Under the pieces are notes generated by a model that was not told where the DNA came from, made no database searches, and was given only the letters and a program-made list of their open reading frames with translations. The translations under genes were made by a program, and so were the position numbers. Source: Lama guanicoe (lineage: Eukaryota). Taken from it: a DNA stretch of 64,000 bases. The DNA lies in the NCBI GenBank assembly GCA_013239625.1, contig MU056000.1, positions 15,156,851 through 15,220,850 of the forward strand. Reading direction: 5' to 3'. This document shows positions 14,836-27,086 of this stretch, piece by piece (the first letter of the stretch is position 1; every line of letters begins with the position of its first letter).

Positions 14836-14928
14836 GAAAGAACAAAAGAAAGAACGAAAGAACAAAAGAACAAAATAAAGAAAGAGAACGGAAGAGAAAG
14901 GAAGGAAGGAAGGGAGGGAGGGAGGGAA
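14836..14928 (+). repeat. Purine-rich low-complexity tract ending in (GGAA)n(GGGA)4
   Basis: Read directly. Confidence 0.85.
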
Positions 14929-15129
14929 TATAATACGTGTTTTAGTCTCCAAATTAAATTCTTTCACAGTCACCATATTTTAGAGATTCTGATTTAGTTC
15001 ATACAGGGTAGGTCCTGGTACCAGTGTGCTCCCTTCTCAGCCAGATGGAGATTGCTAAAATTAGGTGTTTAGATACACAGAGCTGAACATAACTGATTAT
15101 TAGCTTTGATGTCAGTAAAAATGGAATTC

Positions 15130-15312
15130 CAAAGCATATTTTACTAATAGTATGATTTGGAACAAGATAGTAATCTTTGAGTCATAGTTTTCTCATCAGA
15201 AATCAGAGATCTTAGTAGTAATTTAAGGTCTTTTAGTGAAGTTTATATTATTGAATTAAGCATTTTATAAACTTACATGGTGCTGGGAAGCTCTTCAGCC
15301 CTTAACAAGTGG
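15130..15312 (+). mobile_element. MIR SINE remnant
   Basis: MIR core-like TACTAATAGTATGATTTGGAACAAG...AATCTTTGAGTCATAGTTTTCTCATCAGAAA. Confidence 0.55.
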
Positions 15313-16664
15313 TACTTGTGTGTGAATTTCGTCTTTAGTATAAGAAAAACTTAAGACACTTTTGATTTTATTTTTCATATTATTTTGATGGGAACAAGTT
15401 AGCTATCATTTTATTTAAATGGCAACATATGCTAATTTAAAACTTATAGGGCTTATAACAATTATAATTTATTTCAAAATACATTGACAATATTATCATT
15501 TGATGCAAAATTATGATATTGTATTTATAGGCAATGCACAGGTTTTAATCCTCCAGAATAAACACTCATAAACTCTTAGCTATTGGATTATTTTTTCACT
15601 TTGCAAGGTTTTCATATAACAAAGTATCAGAAGCCAAAGCACCCACATAGTAGCATGAATATGAATAGAAAACATCTTTCCTGAACAAGTAGAGGCTTTA
15701 TAATTTAATTGTGTTTACACTGATGAGTGCACAAAAAGAAAAATCAATTTGTGGGAGTTTATTTAATCAATATTGAAATTGTATCTTCCCTGTTAAGCTT
15801 GGCACAAAGTACCTAGTTTGTCTTTTAAGTTCATTAAATTATTCTTTTTCTGTATTCTGGGGTGTTATGTATGTAGTTTTATATGGACTCTCTAGCTGAA
15901 TGTTCAAAATTGCTTTTCTAAACTACAGAATATTAACTTCCAATATTTACCAAAAACTTCATTTATTATAAAGTCACAATAAAATGGCATAAAATGAATA
16001 TAAATATCCCATTTATTCAAGGTTCTTCTGGAATCATTCTGAAAGTATTAAAAGAATAAGTTGAAAACATGGATTTATAACATTGGTTATTTTATCTTCC
16101 AATTTAATAATACTATTAAAGCTTGTTCAGTATGCTTTCTGAAATAAGTAAAGATGTACTTTTACCTTAATTGTACTACAGGGAATCTGGAAAGAAAGAG
16201 AACATTTTCAGTGCACTCCCTCAAACAAAATACTGTCTACATCCCTCCAAATCAATCAATCAGTCATCAATCAAGAGAGCTGCCATGCATTCTCTCTCTG
16301 TCTCACAGATGCTTCCACTTTGAACTTGCTTGTTCCCTGAGAGTTTTGGAGGAAGCTCTTCAGGCTCCCCGTGCCTTGCACATCAGGATCCAGAGATGAC
16401 ATCTTGTTTGATCCCTGTGCTTTTTGGAAGGTTTTATTTCTCCAGCCAGGAATAAAATCATCTATTCTCTGAGGCACATGTAAGCAACTGCTCTCCTGGA
16501 TCATGACCTTTATTAGTCAAATTAATAGCAACAAGTTTATAGACATTTTTTTCTGATCCCACCTCTGAAGTTCCAAGCCCTGTAGTTTCACCACATGATA
16601 TTTATAACCCATGCAACCCTATCTTCCCTCCACCTGAGCCCGCCTCTCTCTGGATCACCCCTTT

Positions 16665-17145
16665 TATTAGTTATCTGTTGCTGCTTAACTTATTACACCA
16701 ACATTTACTGGATTAAAACAACGAGCATTCATTATTTCATAGTTTCTCTAGGTCAAGAATCCTAGCAAGGATTAATGTGGGCTTCTAGGTCAAGGTCTCT
16801 ATAAGGCTGCTGTCACGAAGTTGGCCGGGGCTGCCGGCATCTGAAGGCACAAGTGATCCACTTCCAAACTCATTTGTGTGGCAGTTGGTAGGCTTTAACT
16901 CTTGGCTGCTGTCCTCTGGTGACATTGACTCCTTGCCATGTGGGGTGTTCCACTGGGTGTCTCTCAACGTCACAGCTGGCTCCCAAGACGGAAGTTATGG
17001 TCTTTGTGCAACCTGATCCTGGAAGTGACATCCCATCTCTTCCGCATAAGTCTTTTTGAGAGTAGTAAATTCACAAATTTAGGCAAGTTCAAGGGTAAAT
17101 ACCAGGACATAGGGATCAAAGGGGGCAATTTTAGAAGCCTACTCA
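16665..17145 (-). mobile_element. MaLR LTR (MLT1F-like)
   Basis: TATTAGTTATCTGTTGCTGC...TTAAAACAAC...GGTCAAGAATC...GGGGCTGCCGGCATCTGAAGGC...GGAAGTGACATCCCATC, typical antisense MLT1F/G pattern. Confidence 0.7.
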
Positions 17146-17399
17146 GTTCCTGGAATAATAGATTACAAAACCTGCTGTTCCTCTGAAGTCACTAAATCAA
17201 GCACACCGATCTTTTCCCAGTCTCCTCTCTGTTCAGCGTGTGTTATCAGTTCACCTGCACCTGCTCTCCCGCCTCGCTGTCTCCCAGTCTAGTCTCACCT
17301 CCACCTTCTCCCTTTCCGTTAATGCTCTCTTGTGGGCCGTTACTCCCTTTGAGCATAAAATGCCCATGGCTTTTCTTAACTATTACTTCGTGTTATCAT

Positions 17400-17552
17400 T
17401 ACCTGGACTGACTTTTAACTGTCCAGCTCCCAAACCCCAACTGAGATAAATTGAAGCAGTATTTCTGGGACAAGAAACTGGGCATTCATATTTTTTAACA
17501 ATTTCTCTTATGATTTTAATACACAGCCATATTTGGGAAACAATAGCATAGT
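17400..17552. mobile_element. MER5-type hAT-Charlie MITE remnant
   Basis: CTGGGCATTCATATTTTTTAACAATTTCTCTTATGATTTTAATACACAGCCATATTTGGGAAACAAT resembles a MER5A/B end. Confidence 0.5.
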
Positions 17553-17589
17553 AGGGTCTATGATTGAATAATTTAAACATTCTGCTGAC

Positions 17590-17808
17590 AGTAACCTAAA
17601 ACTGCGATTGGCCCACAGCCCTGCTTGGGCCAACTCTGACCCACCATCTATCTTTTAAATAAAGGTTTATTGGAACATGGCCACATTTACATATCACCTA
17701 TATCTGCTTTTGGACTATAAGATCAGAAATGAGTACTTGCTAAAGTATGGTTCACAAATTTGAAATATTTACAATATGATCCTTTACTTAAAAAATGTAC
17801 TGATCTCA
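17590..17808. mobile_element. MER58A-like hAT-Charlie MITE
   Basis: AAATAAAGGTTTATTGGAACATGGCCAC...AAAATATTTACAATATGATCCTTTAC-like blocks characteristic of MER58. Confidence 0.7.
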
Positions 17809-18408
17809 AGTGTTGCCCCTTTCATGTCATTTTTTTTTTCCATCAGCATATTGCCAACCTCTTTCCTGAATGAGCTCTACTGGTTGCTTTCTACATATTC
17901 CTAACTCCTGAATACTGCTAAAATAATGCATACAGACTGCTAATATCTTAAGACAATCATTATCATTACATGTAAAATATATAAGTATCCAAGCTATTAT
18001 TTCCTTTTTTTTGATGTTTATTATTTTTAAATGTGATACAGTACATTCATAACTCCTTCCACAATTATTACTCGAATTCAAAATTAAAACATTTTTTAAT
18101 AAATTAACAATAATGATAAAAAATATCCTAACACTTACCAAGGCCATATTTAGTTTGTAATTCATATACATAAATAACATGTTTTATGGAAATTAATTCT
18201 AATATAGCATGAATATTTATATAAGCAGACTCCATATAGGCCTATGTGCAACTACTTCTACTTACTATCTTTACAACTTCATTTTAATTGCTTTCAAAGA
18301 TTATATAAAATCTAATTATGTATATTAACATTCAGTTATTAAAACTCCTCAGAAATTGTCTTGATGGTTCACTTATTCCATTCATAAAGTTTACCAAAAA
18401 GCCTACAT

Positions 18409-19001
18409 GTGATCAGTTCTGTTCTAACACAGTATCAATGTTCCTGAAAATAATTCTGCCCTGCAAAATTGTGCAATAAAAAACACAGGGCTCATGGCAA
18501 GAATGATAAAACTCACAAACTTTGTCAGTGGCACTGAAAAAAAATGAAACACTAATAAGTATGGTAGCATAGTTTCATACATGGTAAATGGTTCACACAT
18601 TGAATATGGCAGTTTACCTTTAAAAATACCTGAAATTTGCTTGTTGAAGTAGATATTGGAGGGGTTACAGCCTGTGAGTTATTATGAAGTAGTGAAAGGA
18701 GAGTTCTCTGCAACTGGGAGAAAACTTGTCACACCTAAGGCAGATGGACGTGGCTCATGGCAAGTATCTAGTTAGATGAGGTAGCTGCTAGATAACTGAA
18801 GTGTGTCCCTGTTTGCATTTTGTGTGTTTCTGTGTGACCAACTCAGCTGGGTAAATTTTCCTGCAATTATTTAGTATTTCTTTGGGTCAAAATCTCACAT
18901 AAACATACTAAGTTCCATGTTATATCCTAATTATTTCCAATTATAGTCATCCTGTTGGAACAAATTCACATTTTCGAACAGGCATTACAATGGAACTACT
19001 A
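18409..19001 (-). mobile_element. Tigger13a-like TcMar DNA transposon, near full length
   Basis: Left end TCAGTTCTGTTCTAAC (TIR-like); internal GCAAAATTGTGCAATAAAAACACAGGGCT and GCCTGTGAGTTATTATGAAGTAGTGAAAGGAG; right end GTTGGAACAAATTCACATTTTCGAACAGGCATTACAATGGAACT. Collinear with the recalled Tigger13a consensus. Confidence 0.75.
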
Positions 19002-19821
19002 TAGTTAAAACTATTTTTTATTTTGCTTTTGCAATTTGAGTTTATATTACAAATTATTTAAAATGTTATATTAAAATTATATTAAAAAGTCCAATCATTT
19101 TTAAGAAAATAAATATTTTCAAATTGATTTGATAGAGCAAATATTGCACAGACTAAAGTAACACAGCTTATTTCAATAATTTGCAATAAAAGTGCATCTT
19201 TTTCAAAAACACAGAAAAAATGTCAAATACATTTGTAATTGCTAATAAAGTAGAAGTAAATGTAAGGGAGTTAAGAGATGCTTTGATTTTCCAAAATTAA
19301 AAACAAATCACAGATACCTTTTATTTGCTCATCACTTCATTTCTATATTGTTTCCAAGAGACTATTTTGGTAGAAACTTCAGAGAATATATATGAAAAGA
19401 TTTTTTTTTCGTCAGTGGTCATTGATCAAATTATTAATGCCATGTTGTATATAACTAATTAAGTGACTAAATGAGGCTATTTAATAGATTAATGAGATAG
19501 GAATGTAAGTTATTACAGTCTATAAAATCGTATCTAAAATTGTATTATAAAAGGTGAGTCAGCCAAAAAGTTTTTTCTAATGATAGTTTAAATAGTTTTT
19601 AAAAAGTAATTTTCCTTTCAGTTAGTGAGTCTATATGTCCATTTTTTGTATTGAACCATTCACTGAAGTCTGTTGTAGTTAATGAAATTTTTGTCAGTTT
19701 TTACCTGAGGAAAGAAAATCCTTAGTATTGTAAAAGATATCAAGGGAATAATTGAGCTCAAGTTCTGATTCAGAAAAAAAAATTATTGTTTCCATGAACA
19801 AACTTTCTTTCCCTTTCAAAC

Positions 19822-20360
19822 TGTATGGCCATGTAAAATGGTGCCCTTCGCACCTTCTAGCAGACCCAAGCTGAGGTGACTTCCTACCTCACAATTATCA
19901 TCCCAGTGTCAACAGCGCTCACAGATCCTCAGCCTGACCCAACGCCGACACCACTTGCCTACAGGACCAAGGCTGAGCAAGCATCTGTACCACATTAGGC
20001 CCACGGCAGATTAACCAGATTCATTCTTAATAGTTTTAATAGTGAAGCTAAGGAAAAAGGAAGCCCTACCCATGATTTGGTTACAGGTGCGTTTTCCTCC
20101 TCTTATTGGAGAAAAAGTAAACTTATCTACAGTAAGAGAGAATGATATTTCACCCACAGGGAAGCAGACATGAGAAGGGGAGTGTTAGTCATGCTGGAGT
20201 CCTGTCCCCAATTACAGGCCCCAGGACTCTTGAGCTGCCCTGCTTCCTAGAGAGCTTCCTCTGAGCCTCTGATATCTCCAGTATCTTCCGAAAGAGTCCT
20301 CATTTAGCCTAAAGGTAGAGTTTGGTTAGAGGTGTTGGCAAATGAAAGAGCTCAGACTAT
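19822..20360 (+). mobile_element. Old MaLR/ERVL LTR (MLT1K/L-like)
   Basis: GC-richer block with AGAGAATGA...CACAGGGAAGCAGACATGAGA and an LTR-like 3' end GCCTAAAGGTAGAGTTTGG...TTGGCAAATGAAAGAGCTC. Confidence 0.45.
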
Positions 20361-20469
20361 AAATGCTGCTCTATCAAACCAGTTATGTTGATTTTAATTT
20401 TAATGCAGGTGGTATAATAACATAGTAGATCTAATGATTTCAGAAACCTAGTGAATAGACCAGAATATG

Positions 20470-20995
20470 ACATAAATTCAAAGTATCCTCTTATAGGTTA
20501 CTTATGCATTACAAAAGAAAATTTAAATTTATAATGTTTGAACCACAAATAAAATGTAGCATTGGTGATAATGGGACAACCTGGCATGTGTCTTCTGATG
20601 TGGTAAAGATTACATCACTTATGAAACATTCTTGCAAAAATGTTTAACCTAAAAGCAACCAAAACTCTAAACTTAACATCCAGTGTGCAAGAAAGTTCGG
20701 TAATACAGAGGCAAGTTACTTGACATTAACAAGAACCGACTGAACAAATTCAGGATGTGGAATATTCTACACAATAGTAACAACTGATTTAAAGTCTCCA
20801 AAAGTCAATTTTGGTTAAATGGTAGTAATATTGTTACTGATAAAAAGGCGAAAGGCTGTGATGATCTAACAACTGAATGTGAAACATGAAATTGATTAGG
20901 TACTGGCTTTTAAAAATCTGTAAAGGATAACTTAAAATAACTGGAAAAGTTGGATATAGAATAGATATTAGATGATATTATAGAATTATTATTAC
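20470..20995 (+). mobile_element. Old L1 3' region (L1MC4/5-like)
   Basis: ACATCACTTATGAAACATTCTTGCAAAAATGTTTAACCT...CAAATTCAGGATGTGGAATATTCTACA...ATATTAGATGATATTATAGAATTATT. Confidence 0.65.
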
Positions 20996-21764
20996 AAGTA
21001 CTATGAAGGGGAAAGGCAGACAGAGCTGGTAACGTGGCCACTGAACTCAGTAAGAGGAGTCACGTTAGGCTTTTCTGGGAGTATTAATTGAACGACTGTC
21101 AGAAAGAGCAATAGAACTTAGTTATCTTGTTTAACTTTCAAGGAATTTCAAAGAGATACAGATTTAGTTTCAACCTAACCCAGCTTAATCAATGATCTTG
21201 CTAAAAATCTATTTCCAAAGAAGTTAACTTTTAGATATCTATGTAACTGTGGCCTGAGCACTTGAAACAATGTAATTGATTTGGCAGTCACTTTTATGCT
21301 GTATAAGTAGAAGAATCTAGTATGATCAAGGTTATCCTTAGACAGTGAAATTAGCAATATCCTAAGAATCATCTTGATAGCTGAGATCTAAAAAAAAATC
21401 AATAAAACAATTCCACAAAATGACCTCCCTCCCAAAACATGAACAAAATAAATGTTTGTGTACAGATGAGTCTGAACAAAAGAGTAGGAAAAGAAAACTT
21501 TACAATTTTTTTTTTCATTTTAAGTGACCATTTACTACTCCATGTTGAAAAACATATTGCACCATCTCTCATCTCCCACTATGTATGATAAAACCTTAAC
21601 TGTGTTCATTCAAGTGATGTGTTCTTAGCCACCTGTACAACAAAGGACACTTAAAAAATCAAACCCTGAGTAATCACTGTCATTATGTTAATAACTTCAA
21701 AGCTCTTTTCAATGCACTCCTGATGGAACATTCGGCAGTCTTCCAGAAGGGTCTTCAGGTGGTG

Positions 21765-21778
21765 CTAGTAGGTGGCAC
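21765..21778 (+). promoter_or_regulatory. Candidate CTCF site
   Basis: CTAGTAGGTGGCAC matches 13/14 positions of CCASYAGRKGGCRS; motif evidence only. Confidence 0.35.
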
Positions 21779-22429
21779 AGTTTCTTCAGAACACGGAGGA
21801 CTCATTCAGGGAGCGTGTGGTCTACATCTGTCCAGACGTGACCTCTCCCATTGTCTCTGTATTTCTGTATTAACTCGCTTTGTCACATGTGATGTTCAGT
21901 GATTCTCTGTCCTTCCTTCCCCCTGTGCTGGTCAAAATGTCTGTGTTGATTTAATGGCCTGGCAAGGAGTTACTCCCCACAGCTTGATAAGTCTAATTTA
22001 GACACCACATGATGAGAAGAAAAGAGAGTCCAGAACAGAGCCCTGACTGTACATCTGGAGAAAATATTATTTGCAGAAACATTTAAACCCAAAAGAGATA
22101 AAAATCATATTTCCAAAAAAGAGCAAGTTACCTATTCTTCCTTGTGTTGAAATTCATAACAATGTTCCTTATATTACTATGAAAAAGTAAAAATATTTCT
22201 TTCGATACATAGAATAGCTTTTACACCTAATACTCTAAAACAAAACTGGAAATTTCCATCTTCATACAATTATATGAAGTAATTTATGAAAGTCTTCTCT
22301 TAGAAGAAAAGTAATAAAAGCAGGAATCTCAAGCTGTAATTTAAAATGAAAGTTTTAGAGGAGAAAGTGTCAGGAGACTGAAATTCAAGACACACTGTAT
22401 CAAAACGCAACCACTAGTTCATTAAATAT

Positions 22430-23360
22430 TTATATTCATTCATTAGTAAATATTCAATGAACACCTCGTGCTACCAAGCACTATGCTGGCATCAGACATA
22501 CAGTTGTGGAAAGAAAGAAATCACACTATCTTCCTGAAAATAGAGGGTAAAAAAACAAAAACAGACACAAATCAAATTATTTCTTGTTGTAAAAAATGAT
22601 TCACAGAAAACAAAAACTGGCCTCAGAAAACAGAATAGCCCACTTAGAATGAATAGAATTAAAAAGGCTTCACTGAGTCAGTGGTATGGAAGTGGTATGA
22701 ATTATGAGAAGCAGTTAGAAAGAGAAGATGGAGAAAAGACTGAGGAGCAGGTGCAAGTACGACCATGGGTACCATTCTTGAAATTGGATAAAACTTGAAA
22801 TATTTGGAAAATTCAGAGCAGTTTGCCTCACCATAATGAACTAGTGATTCAAGAAAATTAAGAGATACAAATAGATCAAATTATGCAAGACCTTGGGGAC
22901 TGAGGTGGAGAGTTGTATTATATTCTAAGTGACACGAGGCTCCACTGGATAATTTGAAAAAGGGAAGTGACCAGGCCAAATTTCCACTGCAGGTGGATCT
23001 GCAGGATGGAGAATGAGTAAGTGGTGAGAGAGATGGAAGCAGAGAGAATATTTTTGAAGATTGATTTTCCTTGGACAACAGTTACCAACCTTCCTCAAGT
23101 TTTCCCATGTCAGCAGGGATGGCATTATTCCCAATCACCAAAGCCAGGAATCTAAAAATCGTTATTTTCTCCCTCCTGTGAATTAAGCTGATGGTAACAG
23201 ACAGAGAAAAGGAGATATGCTGTGTATTAGTTAGAAGATTAAATCAATAGATCTGAAATGGATAGGATATAGGCCTATGGGAAGTGAAGAATCAAAAGTG
23301 GATTCTAAATTTCTAGCTTGAGTAAGTGAGCAATTAATAACATTCTCCCTGTGACAGAGT
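22430..23360 (-). mobile_element. L2 LINE 3' portion
   Basis: Antisense L2 tail ATTCATTCATTAGTAAATATTCAATGAACACCT...CAAGCACTATGCTGG, followed by purine-rich L2 body (TATTCTAAGTGACA, GGGAAGTGAC). Confidence 0.65.
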
Positions 23361-23557
23361 AGATTATCACTAATGCATGTTTTAATAGCCACACAAAACT
23401 GTGAATAACTAGAATATAACTTAAAAAAATAATAATGACATTGGGTTAATAGGTAGCTTGCTCTTTGAAATACGTGCTAGAAATTTAGCATGTGTGCTAT
23501 TCGGTAACCCATAAGATATTTACCTCAAATATGCTCATTTGGATTCAGAATGTGCCC

Positions 23558-23700
23558 AGAAAAAGAAAAGAAAGGAAAGAAATAAAAGGCAAGGCAAGAC
23601 AAGACAAAGAAAATAAAAACAAACAAAACAAACAAAAACTCAGAACAGAAAAATAAAAGAAAAGAAGGAAAGAAAGAGAAAGGAAAGGAAAGACAAAATA
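23558..23700 (+). repeat. A-rich compound simple repeat (AAAAG/AAGAC/AAAC/GAAA)
   Basis: Read directly. Confidence 0.85.
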
Positions 23701-23864
23701 AGTCACGACAAAAATTGGAAGCAAAAAAGAAATGGAGACAACAATAACAGGATATATGATAATTTTAAGGTAATTTTAAATCTCAAAAATATTTATCCTT
23801 GACTTGATTCTTTTAATCAAGGAAACGCTAGCAATCTATTAGTATAAAAATGATTGCTAAGTTA

Positions 23865-24053
23865 TGAAACAAATAAAATATGGGGATGTAATGTACAGCA
23901 TAGGGAGGATAGTCATTAATAACTCTGTGTGGTGACAGATGGTAACCAGAATTCTCATGGTGAGCATTTCGTATCATATAAAAATATTGAATCCTGATGT
24001 TCTATTGCAGAAACTCATATAATACTGCAAATCAATAATACTTCAATAATAAA
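23865..24053 (+). mobile_element. L1 3'UTR fragment (L1MA9-like)
   Basis: GGGGATGTAATGTACAGCATAGGG...GTGGTGACAGATGGTAAC...TGGTGAGCATTTCGTA...GAAACTCATATAATACTG...TACTTCAATAA. Confidence 0.75.
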
Positions 24054-24562
24054 GGATGAAATAAAAGGTACTAAATTAAAAAATAATTTCTGGGAATTGA
24101 AATAAATTTTAAATACGCTGAGTTTTTGAAAAGGCCAACATCCTTAAGAGATATTCAGACCTGGCCTTTTCCTTTTCTGTTTCACTCTGACATCCTATGA
24201 CTGTACTATTTCTTCAAAAAGAACTAAGGGCTTTTTCTACCAATGGCATGTCAAGTAAATCTGTGAACTTCTGGGCACAATAATTATCTATAACAATATT
24301 GCATTATCTTAATTCATATTTTTTTCTAACTTTTAACTGGCTGTTAAAGTTTTTTATGTGATGTGCTACAAAGTCACATTAGTCTTGTCTGGTATTCTGT
24401 AAATATTTATTAATGTATTGACTGAATTTCCAAATAAAATATATTTGTCAGGATTTTTAGCTTTTTTATCCCTAATACTTAAAAGTAATCAATACATATT
24501 TGTTGACTGCACTATATGCTGTGCAAACACTATGATAAAATATTATTAAAAAGACTTACAAG

Positions 24563-24800
24563 AGAATACAGACTTGTGGTTACCAGGGGGGTAGACTGGG
24601 ATTTCAAAATTGTAGAATAGATAAACAAGATTACACTGTATAGCACAGGGAAATATACACAAAATGTTATGATAAATCACAGAGAAAAAAATGTGACAAT
24701 GAGTGTGTATATGTCCATGAATGACTGAAAGATTGTGCTGAACACTGGAATTTGACACAACATTGTAAAATGATTATAAATCAATAAAAAATGTTAAAAA
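24563..24800 (+). mobile_element. Young 5'-truncated L1 (3'UTR plus short poly-A), camelid-like, with 15-bp TSD
   Basis: AAAAAGACTTACAAG at 24548-24562 and 24801-24815; TT|AAAA endonuclease context; L1 3'UTR motifs GACTTGTGGTTACCAGG, CTGTATAGCACAGGGAAATATA, ACAACATTGTAAA; AATAAA then A-tail. Confidence 0.9.
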
Positions 24801-26883
24801 AAAAAGACTTACAAGTTAAAAAAAGAAGTAGAGGAGTCACAACAGAAACAAAATTTTACTTCCTTTTTTCCTCTGATGTAAAGTAGGTCTCAAAAGTCCA
24901 AGTTGATATAAGACACAACAGCTTATAAGGATATGTAATTCTTGATTCTAGAGTTATAAGGTAAAATCAATTATACTTACAAGTTATATGTAATAGTTAA
25001 TTCACTTAATTCTAGATGTTTGCTAAAAAGAGGCTTTCAGAAGTGGTATGTGACAGTGAAACCCCCAATCCGATAAGAGAAGATTGTCTTTGTGGGAGAT
25101 ATTTTCGTATTTCCTGAACTTCATAATGATTCAGATTTACATTTCATCAGATAAGCTTTTCCATTAGAATTTGCTTGTAAGACAGGAATTCTATTTGCAT
25201 TTTCTCCTATGGGTTTTCCAGCAAGCGTTTAAAATCCTTTAGCTATGTTACAACCAATCTTATAATGAATAACACTTTCAATCCCTTAAGTTGATCTACA
25301 ACAAAACTTGTAGTACTATTTTCAGGCTATCCTGAAGGAAATATAAATATTACCCTTGCACGTATGTGTATCCCAATGGTACCTAGGATGCTATCAGCAT
25401 TTCACTTATGTTGATTGCAAAGATTTGCTGAAATGCTCTAAAGCTCTAGACAAGAAGAGCAGTGCATATATTCTAGCTGTTGAAGTTAACATTCTTTCTC
25501 AACAGCCTTTTCTATCATGTTCTCTTGTTTTTACATTAGTACAGACTGAGCATACAAGATATCAGTCATGAGCCTTTAATAATGTATATAGTTGAATACC
25601 ACAAAATAAGGGGATAGCCTGCTATTTGTTTTCATAAGTAGCATAATGGAATGCACATATACCTGCTCATGATTTTTATACATCTTATAAATATATCTAA
25701 CACTTTGCCTATGTTTTGTAAATTAAGTCCATGGATATAAAACGTTTACACAAATTTTAGTCAAGTTATCTGAAATAAAAATATAAGTATTTTGCACTTT
25801 AGGACATATGACACTAAAAATGTGTAGCTCCATCATGTCAACTTTTGAGCAAACTGCAATGAGGAAATATTCCAATATGAATAAAAAATATTTAAGATAC
25901 AGGTAATTAGTAATAAGTTCATTATTCATTATTTTGATAATTCTATAATGTTAAAGACCTATATGTTATAAATACATCTGTATTTTTTTCATGGCAAAAT
26001 ATAAAAGAAGACAAAAAAGTGAATAGTTTCAAGAAATTCTAATGAACATTCTATAGTATACAAAGGAAGAGTCAACTTGTATCTTCAGGTTAGCCTTATT
26101 AACTTTGATACGAGTTCTTATATGTTGAAAATATGTCCCATGGATATTTTAATTAGAAAATAATTTATCAGATAAGGCAGTGTGTTGAGTCAAAAAGTTA
26201 ACGTTGTGATTTCCTTTATGAACTTAAATGTCACTTGACCAAAATATATTAGTTTTTAAATACAAATGGTTATTCAAATGGCTTGGTGCTCTCCCTACTT
26301 CATAAAATATTAGAAAGACACACTGATTTATTTGATGATTTTTATCCATCCAATAGGTTAAATAAATTAGGAATCTCATCAAAAATTTTTCTGAGAGGCC
26401 GTCCTTGAGCAAACAGATAATGACTTGCGTTTGACATTGACATTGTGTAACTTCAATGTAAATCTCTATATAGGGCCTTATATAAATTTGAATAGGAGAA
26501 TTGAATCACTTGTACACTTTCACTTAAGAGGAAAAGGAGTAGAACCTCAGGGTGGCAGCATTTGGAGGCATTATCGAGACTCCCAGATTCATACCTGGCA
26601 AGTGGTGTTTGGTGCTCTATGAGGAACTCTTCCATTTCACCATCCCTCTGTTCTAAGCAGCTTTTGGAATTTAGGAGTTTGTATTAGTTGGCTCTATAGC
26701 TGGGCAGATCTCTTAAGTAAGCTCTTGTTTGTATACAGTATTCAACCTGTCTATCTTGATATTTTAAGGAGACCACTAAATTTGGATATTTCAGAAATAT
26801 ATAATAACCATTTGCCAAATACATATGGAAGTTCTGTGTCCTCAGATTCTCTGAGACTCTATACTAAATAATCCAATCTGTAG

Positions 26884-27086
26884 CAGTGTTTTCGACCAGA
26901 CTTCAGGATGGAGGAAACAGTGGAACGGGCCCAGGTATAAAGAAAAATACTGCTATCTCTCCTTTGGTGCTTTGGATGATGGGAGAGGTGTATAACCATT
27001 TAACTAAAGAGAAATCCCTTCAGGGACCACTCGACAGTGTTTTAAGTGATTGAGTTGCTGAAGGAAAAGGATTGAAAACAATTGGC
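26884..27086. mobile_element. Possible hAT-type MITE remnant
   Basis: About 200 bp bounded by CAGTGTTTTC and GAAAACAATTG (imperfect TIR); family not recognised. Confidence 0.35.

Noticed and set aside
24385..24540. Converging L2-like tails as a miR-28/miR-151-type hairpin
   Set aside because: Only about 9 bp of clean pairing (ATGTATTGA with TCAATACAT) across about 65 nt; not a pre-miRNA stem.
26545..26558. CCTCAGGGTGGCAG as a CTCF site
   Set aside because: Mismatches at informative 5' core positions; too weak without ChIP data.
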